The position numbers were made by a program, and so were the translations under genes. From Yuukianura sp. NJ FZ-2021 (taxonomy: Eukaryota), in contig CM102286.1 of assembly GCA_046563655.1 (NCBI GenBank), positions 3,348,001 through 3,412,000 on the forward strand: a stretch of DNA of 64,000 nucleotides, given 5' to 3'. Within the stretch, counting starts at the first letter, position 1. Each line of letters begins with the position of its first letter. The notes beneath the pieces were generated by a model, which was given only the letters and a program-made list of their open reading frames with translations, ran no database searches and was not told the DNA's origin. Positions 52,781 to 64,000 of the stretch are shown here, one piece after another.

Positions 52781-53682
52781 ATGGCCAGTCAAGCAGTTAG
52801 TCATAAAAATACAAAACAGTTCAAATGGGCTTTGGATTTTAACAGAAAGTAAGTTTAACAAAACATGGCGGCAGGAGTAAGGCAGAGGTGCAGGTGGTAC
52901 GTGTTAATACTCCATATCCCCTCCGGTATCCCATCCAATTATTGTCCTTGCATTGTTGCAAGTTAGGTTAGGTTAGGTTGTGTCCCAGCGTATCCAAATT
53001 GGGCAACACTGGAACCACAACAATGGGAGGGGATACCGGATTGGATATGGAGAATTAACACGTACCACCTCTGCCTTACTCTATCCAACATGGCAATGTT
53101 ATTCATGTTTGTGTGATTCAACGATTACCGATACCGATTAATTTAGGAACCGTGCAGCTGACTTGGCATCTCCCCCTGGCTATACGGCAAGCGCCGCTTA
53201 TCATCACGGAGAAGTCACACAGGATATTGACCCAGCCTTGATTGTCAAGCGATCGTGGGATTTTGCTTTGGGTCCCATTAAACAGGTACTTTTTTAAACA
53301 CAGTTAAGTAAATGAATCGCTAGAACTTGTGACCTTGCTGACCCTGAGTGTTCATTATTTGTTTCAGCTCCCCATGAACCTGTTCCTGATGTACATGGCC
53401 GGGAATTCCATATCAATTTTTCCTATTATGATGGTTGGTATGCTGTTTATGAGACCCATCAAAGCACTCGTGTCCCTCTCGGCTGCCTTCCGGATGATTG
53501 AGGGAAACCATTCCTTTATTCAGAAAGTTGTCTATTGCATCGGCAACTTCCTTAACTTGGGTGTGGCTCTCTACAAGTGTCAATCGATGGGACTTTTGCC
53601 AACGCATGCCTCAGACTGGTTAGCATTCGTCGAACCACAGGAGAGGATTGAACACGTAGGCGGTGGAATATCTTTGTTTTGA
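52781..53682 (+). CDS. EMC4: ER membrane protein complex subunit 4 (TMEM85)
   Basis: [76 protein letters not shown]. Confidence 0.96.
52870..53086. mobile_element. Merlin-like MITE (217 bp) in EMC4 intron 1
   Basis: GG...CC termini; imperfect TIR of about 60 bp (GAGTAAGGCAGAGGTG...GGTACGTGTTAAT); exact 8-bp TSD AACATGGC at 52862-52869 and 53087-53094; central (TTAGG)3. Confidence 0.85.
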
Positions 53683-54261
53683 GTTCGCTAAGTGCTAATT
53701 CAAGTCAGTATCTCTTCAAAGTACATTTTCTAATAAGTCCATCATTTTTGTTCGAATGATAACAACATTTCGCCTGATGTTAGGCTACCTTTCCAAGTCT
53801 ATGTTTGTTCCGCATGCTTTTACTGTTACAGTAATTATTTAAAATATTGTTCCAATAAATCTAGCGTAATGCCAGTTTCAAAGCCAAGATCATGTTGTGG
53901 CTGGCCTGAATTGGCGGCGCCAGAATTCATGGAATATAAAGTTGACATAAGGTTTTGGATGGTGAAAGTTCTTAGTATTTGACGTCCCAAGTCTACATGG
54001 AAATCTGTATGAATGAAAAGAGCTCTCGAAGCTTTAAAGGTTTCAAGAGGAAAGACTACTTTCACTTTCATTTTCACCCCGTTCTCACCTTTGTGTCATC
54101 ATGCATCAGCAGAATTCTCTATTCAATGTTTCAAATTTTCTTCAAAAACACGACGTCCTTGTGTCTTTTTCACAGTGTCACTGTCGCTGTCTTGTGGGTA
54201 AGGTGAAAGTCGAAGCTGATTTTGAGAATTCTGCTTACGAATAAAAACACCGGCGATAGCT

Positions 54262-56939
54262 ATGGGAGTTGGCGTGGCCAGGATTAATCTTTGGTTTTCA
54301 ATAATCTATTTGTACAGTAAGTACAAAACTTGGATTTTTCTTGAAAAAAAATTGAGTGAACAACAAAAAACTTTTTTTAAATCTTCTTTTTCTGTTTCAG
54401 AAATATTTTTTGCACACTGTGATATTCACGAAGTGAGATTGGTCAAATCGCTTCTCACTGATTACAATCCATCCGTTCGTCCAGTAGAAAATTTTACCGG
54501 CCCTTTGCTAATTACTTTCAACCTGTCACTTCACCATATCATTGATGTGGTACGTGAAACTAGATATGTGAAATTTTGAAATCAAGTTAATTTTTATTTT
54601 TAAATTTTGTTAGGATGAGAAGAATCAAATTTTGACAACAAATTGCTGGTTGACGCAAACTTGGACAGATCATCATCTCAAGTGGAACTTTTCAGACTTT
54701 GGTGGAATTAAAGTCATTCGAATTCCGTTCGATAGGATATGGAAACCTGACCTAATTCTTTACAAGTAAGGAAATAATGAAAACGACGGAGCGAAATTTT
54801 CAAAAAAAAAAAATCAGATTTTTATGTATTTTCAATTTGGCTTCAAATTTTAGTAACGCCGACACCCAGTACTCATCTTCCGTGATCAATACGAATGTGA
54901 TCATTAGTTACGATGGCGAAGTGACTTGGTTGAGTCACGGGATTTACAAGAGTTCTTGTGACATCAACGTCGAGTACTTTCCTTTTGACATTCAGCACTG
55001 CATTCTCAAGTGGGCTTCCTGGACTTATGATGGCTATCAAGTGAGTACACTTCGGCTTATCAGTTCCGCTGGAAATTCTATCATAATTCAAAATTTTGTC
55101 AGACGAATGCGCCAACACTTGCCTTTTTTTCTTTTTTCGTAAAAAACATGAACTTAAAATCGATCTGAGCAAAAATGAATTTTGTTCATTTTTATTTGTT
55201 TAGCTGGATTTGCAAATCCCTGATCCGAAGGGAGATTTGAGCAACTACCATGAAAATGGAGAATTTGATTTGCTCAGTTTCCAGGCAACCAGAAACGAAG
55301 TTCAGTATTCGTGTTGTCCAGATGAACCATATCCGGATATCACTTTTACCATCACGTTGAAGAGACGCCATTTCTTCTATGTCTTCAACCTCATAATCCC
55401 TTGCTGTCTTATCAATGGAATCGGTAACAGTGACTTTGTTTTAAAATGTTTGTAATCGCATACACGCACTTTCTCCTTAAGAACAACATGACATTCAACT
55501 TTCAATCTGAATTTAGAAGGCGTATGATTGATTAACCTTTAAATTTTGACATTGCTGGATATGATTTTTTTGAAAATTGAATTCATGGGCAAAGTATGTG
55601 CTAAACCGGAGTTTGGGGGTGGAAAAAACGGGCGGAAGTACCTTGTATTGAATTTGGCTTTAAATTGAATATCCTGTCGACAGACTGTCCTCAAAATGAA
55701 AGCGTGACGGAAGTGTGCAAAAGTTATGATTGTGACGACTTAGAATTCGATTTTCTGTATTTTCGATTTCTTACATCCACGAAAACTAAAATGAAGTCAG
55801 GATTTTCTATTAGAAAAAATATGGTTTCCGTAATCGCTTTTCTTGCTTTCTCTTTTCAATGGTTGGTTTAAAATATTGAAATACGAAAATTGAAATTTTT
55901 TGTTCAAACAGTTTTGTTTACAGTTTGTTTTGTTAAAAAAATAACAGATTTGTTTTTCGTTTTCTTTTTCTGAGCAGCTCTGCTTGTGTTTTTTGTTCCG
56001 CCTGATTCTGGCGAGAAAGTGACGCTTGGAATATCTGCTCTTCTTTCGATGACAGTTTTTCTGATGACAATTCGAGAAAGTTTGCCTCCAACAGAGAAAA
56101 CGCCGCTCATCGGTAATCATTTTTCCACAAAATTTTGAAAAGAAGATGAGAATTTTTTGTTGCAAAAAAAAACTTTTCTTTAGTGCTTCTTTACTTTTGC
56201 ATTACTACAATACTAATGGCACCAGTGATGTTTATTTTCAGGGATGTACTATGGCGTAAGCATTTGTATTGTCACTTCCGCTTCAGCCATGTCCGTCATC
56301 ACTCTTAACATACATCACAGAGGATTACGCAGCATCCCTGTACCAAGATTCGTTCGGCTTCTCGCCCAGTTTTTGTCAAAGATACTTCTTATTCAACCCG
56401 ATCCAAATTTTGAATCTGTTACAAATGAAAAGGAAATGAATTTTGAAAAACTGAAGGAACTGAAGGCCAAGCTTGGAGTAAGTGCAAAAAAGCAATCAAT
56501 TTTTGCAATGTTGGTACTATCTCGGGAATGCAATTTGAAAATTATATTCCTGAAATTCTAGAGGTTTCATCCAGCTATAAGACAAGAATTGGACGCTAGT
56601 GGTGCGTTTCGTAAATGCGACTACTTGGATAACATCAGAATGTCACCACCCCGGAAATACGACTTTCGGATGCGGCGGACCTCTGTGTTTTCGTTGACAG
56701 ACAACAAAGATCTGGATGGAAGTGATTTGGAAAAACGTTTCATTGAAGCAGTTGAAAAAGTGTTCAAATGCATTGAGAAATATGAGTATAGAATGCAGAA
56801 TCAGTTTCAACACGAAACTCTTGAATTAGAATGGAAAACAGTTGCTTATGTTTGTGACAGAGTTTTGTTTTGGATTTTCACAGTGAGCACTGTAATTTCG
56901 ACCGCTCTGATTCTTTCCTCATCACCATATGGGCCGTAA
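54262..56939 (+). CDS. Nicotinic acetylcholine receptor alpha subunit (alpha7-superfamily, non-dipteran alpha5 type)
   Basis: [31 protein letters not shown]; Cys-loop [23 protein letters not shown]; loop [10 protein letters not shown] (vicinal Cys marks an alpha subunit); [32 protein letters not shown]. Confidence 0.95.
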
Positions 56940-57844
56940 AATAGCGCCAAATTACAATGAATTACAAATCGCATGTTTGAATTAATTTTTACAATGATAA
57001 TCATTGCGTAACAAGCAATAGTCAATTTTGCTGAAATACTCGTCTTTTATGAATCTCATGATAAATGATGAAAATGAGTTTATCGAACTTTGGTTGTTTG
57101 TAAATCAAAAGTGAAGTATTAAGAAATTGAAAACCGCGTATTGCTTATCTCTCAGTTGTCGGTGAAATTCCTACAATATAACGTGCTTATTGCTTTATGA
57201 TTTCCATATTTAGAGTAACGAGTTTTGCGTTTATAGGCCAAAGTCATAAATGTAAACAATCTGTTAAATATGTTCAACCCATTCTCTGTTGTGAAAGTTA
57301 ACAGCACGGACTAAACAACTTCCTTGTTTTAAATTGGTTAATTTTGAATGGTAGCCTGTAGCTTGAATAAAAAAAAAACGTTTATATCCGGAATAAGTTG
57401 GCAAAATGTATTCGGAATCTATCTATTGTATACTAATGAGCTCCTTATCATTGCGGAATTGCGTTACAACCGATAGTTTGTTGATTTCGTATTCCCTGAC
57501 CGCATAGTTACGAGCGAGTTTTACACTAAAAATCTTTGACACAAAAACAGAAAAAAAAACTTTTTTCAATATCTCAAATTGGCCCTTGATCAGGAATTGC
57601 TAAGTCCCATGGATAACTAAAATTTGACCGTGATGAAAATTTGCTAAAAGTCCCATGAGTATCTAAAATTTGGCCGTATGAGGAATTGGTAAGTCCCATC
57701 CATATATAAAATTTGGCCGTGATGAGGAATTGCTAAGAAAAGGTGGCACTTTTGAGTAGGGTGTGGCACGTAAAAGTACACGGTGGAAAAATAAATTCTT
57801 TGTTTATTTAAGGAATTATAGGGGGAGGCTATTGCAAACAATCA

Positions 57845-58290
57845 CTTTAGATAATTATTTTAGCCTAATCCTGACTTTTCCCAAAGTCCTACTGTAGAAA
57901 GTCAGAAGGTGTGAAGGTGTTTTCAAAAAACAATATTTTGGAATTTTGAAAATTTTCATAAATGAGGAAGATACACTTTAGTGAATTTGTCAGCCTAATC
58001 CTAACTTTTTCCAACAGTCCTACTGTAGAAAGTTAAAAGGTGTGATGGTGTTTCCGAAAAACAATATTTTGGAATTTTGAAAATTTTCATAAACGAGGAA
58101 GATACACTTTAGTGAATTTGTTAGCCTAATCCTAACTTTTTCAAAAAGTCCTACTGTAGAAAGTTAGAAGGTGTGATGGTGTTTCAGAAAAACAATATTT
58201 TGGAATTTTTAAAATTTTCATAAATGAGGAAGATACACTTTGCTAGCCTAATTCTGACTTTTTGCAAAAGTCCTACTGTGGAAAGTTAGA
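57845..58290. repeat. Tandem repeat, about 130-bp unit, about 3.3 copies
   Basis: AGCCTAAT...AGTCCTACTGT(A/G)GAAAGT recurs at about 57862, 57992, 58123 and 58246. Confidence 0.9.
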
Positions 58291-58584
58291 GGGACATCAG
58301 CTAAAATTTTAGAATACAGTGTCATTCGCCACCTCTCCGATAATCTGGAATTAGTAACTAGTACCCCGGGAATTTGGGGTTAACCTCAATTTCCCGGGGG
58401 AATCATCAACTCTCTGGGGAAAAGCCAACGCTGCTTAGTGACCAGGACGATTAAACGGGGGTCTGGGGCGGAGCCCTAGCAAGCTTTGCGCAGCAAAGCT
58501 TTTGATACACTAATCAGCTCCCGTCATTCCGGAATTGCGTAGCAACCGATAGTGTGTTGGCGTCGAATTCCGTGACCGCATAGT

Positions 58585-59274
58585 GGTTAGACTATCGTTT
58601 CTGGGGCAGTGAAAATTTTTTCTAAGTTTTTTGGTCAAAATTTTCGAAAAATTTTTTTTTCGATTTTTCCACTTTTTTTCATGTTTCAAACGTTTCTGGC
58701 ACGTTTGGAGCAAAAAAATTTTTTTGACCCCAAGGGTCCCCCCTTCCCATTTTTTTCAAAATCTGGACTCGAAAATTTTCTAAGTCCAGAAACTGAAGTG
58801 GTAACCCCTGACAACCTCAAAAATGACCCTTACGAAAGTTCTTCAGAATCATCAGGGGAGTATTTTTTGTCCTGTGGACTATGAACCTACGATCACTCCT
58901 TCAGGTCAGAGGTCAACGCAAACTTTTCCGCAATTTTTGTCCGTTGACCTCTGACCTGAAGGAGTGATCGTAGGGTCATAGTCCATAGGACAAAAAATAC
59001 TCCCCTGAAGATTCTGAACAACTTCCGTAAGGGTCATTTTTGAGGTTGTCAGGGGTGACCACTTCAGTTTCTGGACAGAAAATTTTCGAGTCCAGATTTT
59101 GAAAAAAATGGGAAGGGGGGACCCTTGGGGTCAAAAAAAAATTTTTTTTGTTCCAAACGTGCCAGAAACGTTTGAAACATGAAAAAAAGTGGAAAAATCG
59201 AAAAAAAAATTTCGAAAATTTTGACCAAAAAACTTAGAAAAAATTTTCACTGCCCCAGAAACGATAGTCTAACC
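58585..59274. mobile_element. Fully palindromic foldback element (690 bp), GG...CC termini, Merlin-like
   Basis: Arms 58585-58918 and 58942-59274 are near-perfect reverse complements around a 23-nt loop; exact 8-bp TSD CGCATAGT at 58577-58584 and 59275-59282. Confidence 0.92.
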
Positions 59275-59694
59275 CGCATAGTTACGAGCTAATTTGTTAG
59301 GCCAAAAAATTTTCACACATTTTGACAATTTCTTCTGGACGGACGAGGAATTCGTAAGTCCCATGAATATCTAAAATTTCTTCTGGTAATTCCCCTCAAC
59401 GCCTAAATTTTTTACTTCATGAAGTCTTGATAATTTCTTTAAATACCTAAAATTTTTACTTAATGAAATCTTGCTAAATTTCTCCAATACTTAAAAATTC
59501 TGCTTGATGAAATCTAGGCAAGTCTCAGGAATATCTATAATTTTTCTTGATGAAATCTAGGTAAGTCTAAGGAATATCTAAAATTTCTTATTGATGGAAT
59601 CTAGCTAAATCTCAGGAATATTTAAAACTTTATTTACGAAATCCAGGTAAATCTAACTAAGAATAGAAAACTAAGAATATCTAACACCTTAGTG

Positions 59695-60292
59695 AAAGGG
59701 GAAGGCACAAAGTCCATAAGAAAGTGTCCTTGGTGGTATTCGAACGAAATTTTTACCAGTTGTTAGGGTCAATACTGGGAGCATATGTGTAAATTTTCAG
59801 CCCCCCAGAAACGATAGGTCAAGGGTAACTGGGGGTCAAAGGTCACCATGTCATCCTATGACGACCCAATGCAAGTAGCATATCGTTGGAACCGGCTTGA
59901 TCTCCTGATTCAGAAAATATATATATGTCGCTATCTATGACGTAAGGCAACAAAGTTACGACGACTTTAATTTTGAAACCCATGTCGCACTCGATCTCCC
60001 ATTTCCAACTTCGACAAGTTATATGCAGTAACTTTGTTCCCTTACGTCGTAGATAGCGACATATATATATTTTCTGAATCAGGAGATCAAGCCGGTTCCA
60101 ACGATATGCTACTTGCATGGGGTCGTCATAGGATGACATGGTGACCTTTGACCCCCAGTTACCCTTGACCTATCGTTTCTGGGGGGCTGAAAATTTACAC
60201 ATATGCTCCCAGTATTGACCCTAACAACTGGTAAAAATTTCGTTCGAATACCACCAAGGACACTTTCTTATGGACTTTGTGCCTTCCCCTTT
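59695..60292. mobile_element. Second palindromic foldback element (598 bp)
   Basis: 265-bp arms 59695-59959 and 60028-60292 with only a few mismatches and a 68-nt spacer; flanked by GTG on both sides (possible 3-bp TSD). Confidence 0.8.
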
Positions 60293-61354
60293 GTGTTTCT
60301 CAGCTTCAATTGGTTGGGTTTTCTCATATAAACGTCCCCGAAACGGAAAATTTTAAAGTAAAAACGAGTTTGGCCTTGTTTATATTTAAAAAAATTACAA
60401 TGCTTTTCTACCATTTCTGTCTTGCAAAGTAAAAAAATATGCTAACATTATAATTCTTGCATTATCCAATCTAAAAATAACAAACAATGGCAAAAATAAT
60501 TTATATGCCTTCCTTCTGAACCAATGGAAAAAGAAAGTTTTAATGCCAGAGAAAAATATTGTAAAATTTAATTTTGCTCTACTTTTAATTCAATTCAAAA
60601 ATAAGCACTTACAAAATTTGTGCAAAAGTTCTTTATTTTAAAGTAAAGGAAGGGCGATTGCAAAGGCAAATACGCTGCGGCCTCAGATTTTGTCAAGAAA
60701 TTGAGAAATTGACACTCCTACTTACGAGAGATTGACATATTTTGGAAAATTTCTAATTATAAAAACTTTGGAATCTGGAGAACAGGAAGAAGTCGTTCCG
60801 GATGAAAACCTACAACTGGATATAGGAATTTATCGTGTCTACAACATTAGGACATTACATGTGGAAGAAGAGTTGACTATTGCTTACAAAAAGATTGAAA
60901 TTATGTTCTTGCCGTTTTTGTGCCAGGGTGTGAACCGATATCAATCGCTGGATTTTGTCCAGTTGTCGTGGACTGGCAGACTTATTATCCCTCAGTGGAC
61001 TTGGGAATTCAAATATTGCTGCAGCTCAAAAAATATAAACGGATGGCATGTAGAGATGGGGAAAGCGAAAGGGTCACCGTACAGTGAAACGTTGCATCAT
61101 ACATGCGTTCCAATGTTGAGTACTTCCTTCAGCCCGGGCGTTCTGTTGGCTGATCAATTTACGAACGCGGTTGTACAGTTTCTTTTTGTCATTTTATTTA
61201 ACATCATATTAACTGGTTAGGGGAACTTACCTTGGGAAACTGTTGGCTGGTTTGTGGGTGGATGTCGATCCGCGGGAACATGAGCGGGTTTATTACTTTC
61301 GGAGGGAATCGCATATGAGTAGCTTCCATTTCACGAGTGGATATCGGTTTGTAG

Positions 61355-61852
61355 CAAGGCAACTAAACAAAAAGACACACCGTATTACTAAAGTAGTCTC
61401 ACGAGCGGTTTTTTCCAGTTTTTTGATGAAACTTTTTTGTGGGGCGGATTGTTTTTTTTTAGCATGTCTCTGACAACACTTTTCCCCGCGCAATCGTTGG
61501 ATAGAGTACAATGTAATTCCCTCCATTGTACCCTCCCAATCCTACCAATCATCGGACCGGTGGTTTAAATTGGTTTTATAATTGCAAATGAAATATACAA
61601 CCTTGACGCTTATAATTACTAAAAATTCAATCCAACTTTATGGCAAATAGTCCGGTATATGTGTCAATTACACCACACTGGTTACAAGCTTCACCTTATC
61701 GTTACTCCAACCAACCTTTGCACAGTTTTTTAAAATTCTTATCCCTTGGTTACTGGAGCGCACCGCCCCACTAAAAACTTTCACAAAAAACTTGAACAAA
61801 TCGCTCGTGAGACTACCTTAGTAATACGGTGTCTTTTTGTTTAGTTGCCTTG
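61355..61852. mobile_element. P-element-like MITE (498 bp)
   Basis: TIR CAAGGCAACTAAACAAAAAGACAC...CGTATTACTAA.GTAGTCTCACGAGCG (about 50 bp near perfect, about 95 bp degenerate); exact 8-bp TSD GTTTGTAG at 61347-61354 and 61853-61860. Confidence 0.88.
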
Positions 61853-64000
61853 GTTTGTAGGAACGTTTCAGTTTTGGACACAATTCGTCGGGCTCCTTTC
61901 TTTGAATTGCGCCGTCGACGCTGGCTAAGAGCTTCACTGACCATAAATAATAGTGTTCTTTTCTTTGTTCTAAATGAAATCTTGAATGGAGAATAGGCAA
62001 ATATACTTCTCATCTGATTAGAACAGAGAATGACAGCTACGGAGTGGTTTCAATATGTTTTGAACGAACTGAGTAATATCCTTAAAAAGTGAGAATTCTG
62101 CAAGAATACCTTGAAAGAAAATACAGAAACTCTCCAGTTGCGTCGGATTTGAATACTTTACCTACTACCACCCAGTTTTGCCACCCGCAATCAATTTACA
62201 TTACATATGAAAGATATGGGAGAAGGCCATTCACAGCAAAACTGTGTGTGTATGATCTTAAAGCTATAGCGAGAAATTGTACTACATGTAATTCTCTAAT
62301 TATTAACCCCAGAAGCAGTATTAAATTCAATTCGAATATACAATATATAACTACCTTTTACGGCAGTTCTATGCTGCATTTTAGTCTTCCAGTTGAAATA
62401 TTCTGCAAAAATAGGTAACTGAACGGGTTGCCTTTTTCAGTCGCATGTCGTTCCTTAAGTTGGCTATGGTGTGATCTGAGTATAATAAAGGCAACAAATT
62501 ATAACTCAAGTACTAGCACAAATTTATACATTCTAACTTGCTTTGAAAAACTTTATCTTAACTTAGACACGTTGATGTACAGATCGCATAGTGTAGAACG
62601 TAATGGAGCATCTGTACTTTATGATATGTAACACTGTGGTGAGTTGGCGATGGCTTAATGTTTTAGCCCACTTATTAATTTCATGTCGCCCGCCAATTTC
62701 TGAGCGCTGCCAACAAGAAAACAATAAATGGGCCATGGATTTACTTTTTCCGCAAAATTGTCGTTACAAAAGTTGACAGATGCCGAGCATTCCACAAGAA
62801 ACTTGTTTTGTGTGTGGCCTACTTCCCAAACCTTGAAAATACAAATGTTTTATTTTCAGAAACAACTTCAAGGACTTCATACGGAGCGACAAAAATGTTA
62901 CCATACCAATGTCAAATTCGAAGGGGAAAGCGCTCCCTTTCAACGTAAAGTTGGATGTATCAAATCCTTCTAGATTCTTGTAGTTGCAACGTCCGTTTTG
63001 TCTTATTTCTGAAGCGTTGGCAATTCAAATCTAAATTTTTGCTTTGGATGAACACTCAACTGAGATGTTGAGCCAAAACCTTTTGTGGTACGGTACTTAT
63101 AGGTGATCGACTATTCGGAAACCGCGGAACATGAGACCATTGCGAAACGAAGGTTTAAAGAGTGGTAAAGTTTGAAACGATCTTGAGCTACTTCTTTACG
63201 AGCGGCTTAAACTTGATTTCTCAAGTCTTCGTTGTTAGAGTAGACGTCCAAAACGTGCTTAAGAGTTTTTTAAGTCAAAATTTAAAACAAGAAGGTAAAA
63301 TAAATTCGAATTTAGTGCAAATAATGTACAATGTTCAAATGAAAATTGGCAACTTTTGAATTGGAGTATTAAGTTAATCGAACCGGGACACGGTTTATCC
63401 GGCATCGTTGGTTCCCATTTGGGAATTAGTGGTGAGGGAATTTGAGCCAGCGGTAAATGGAGGAGGGGGGGGGGGATTTTGCTAATTTTTGTCAATTATT
63501 CCTGTTTTCTCGACGTTTCTGTTGTTTTTCCTCTACACTTCATGCCAATACGTTCGAGTTAGTGTAAACATGTCGTATGGTTATGAAGACTCAGTTTACT
63601 AATGTTTGGCGCCAAAGTTAACTCCAATGTTGAACATTCTAGCTTTCTTGTTAACTGTTCTCGACAATTCGAATCAATCCTCATTTTAATAATTTTTATC
63701 TATCTCCCGATGCTTTGTGATACCTTACTGTGGCATGTTGGGAGTGAGGGACGTTAAAAAAATACAACCTGGTGCAAGTGGATTCTAGTTTGAGGAGTCG
63801 GGGGAGAGGCAGCGGAAGCCCCGTTCTCGGTTCCTTCTGGTTGGAGCTGAAGCTGATACACAGAATACATCCTTGCGAAGGTTAGGTGTGGTGGCCCCAG
63901 AGTGCCAATGCTGTTTTTCCCATTTTGTAATTCAAAAAGCATTTTCAATTGCATTTCATTTTAAAAAGCTTTTACAACTGTATTTCATTTCAAAAAGCAT

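Larger units (their letters stand above)
57425..59690. repeat. Two tandem diverged copies of a composite repeat (starting near 57425 and 58502) containing degenerate ~42-bp subrepeats
   Basis: 57435-57517 matches 58511-58584 plus 59283-59289 (taat.agctcc...cggaattgcgt..caaccgatagt.tgttg...tgaccgcatagttacgagc). Both copies continue into GAGGAATT..TAAGTCCCATG...ATCTAAAATTT subrepeats. Confidence 0.7.

Noticed and set aside
58510..60139. ORFs 58510-58713, 58609-58884 and 59843-60139
   Set aside because: They lie in palindromic repeat arms, are low complexity and carry no transposase motifs.
60732..61220. 162-aa plus-strand ORF
   Set aside because: Non-ATG start and no recognisable domain; the opposite strand looks more like the decayed coding strand.

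Overview
AT-rich eukaryotic genomic DNA with short GT-AG introns and densely packed genes. The gene content is arthropod (RR-motif cuticle protein, takeout/JHBP, ionotropic receptor, insect-type nAChR), most consistent with a basal hexapod such as a springtail (inference). About 20 protein-coding genes are supported: a divergent ionotropic receptor, a small 8-Cys secreted peptide, a chitin-binding protein with a CxC repeat array, an NWD2-like NACHT-WD40 protein, takeout-like, ALKBH1, a carboxylesterase plus its decayed tandem copy, SEC14/CRAL-TRIO, F-box, PHAF1, IMPAD1, INDY/SLC13, SLC5, an EB-module protein, QTRT2, EMC4, a nAChR alpha subunit and several orphans. The non-coding DNA holds a 59-bp minisatellite and five non-autonomous TIR elements with exact 8-bp target-site duplications (one hAT-like, one P-like, three GG...CC Merlin-like). 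Two long near-perfect palindromes sit at 58.6-60.3 kb; one of them is a Merlin-like element whose empty site survives in a sibling repeat about 1 kb away. No rRNA, tRNA or CRISPR array was found. Exon boundaries were read by eye and family calls come from recognised motifs, not database searches.
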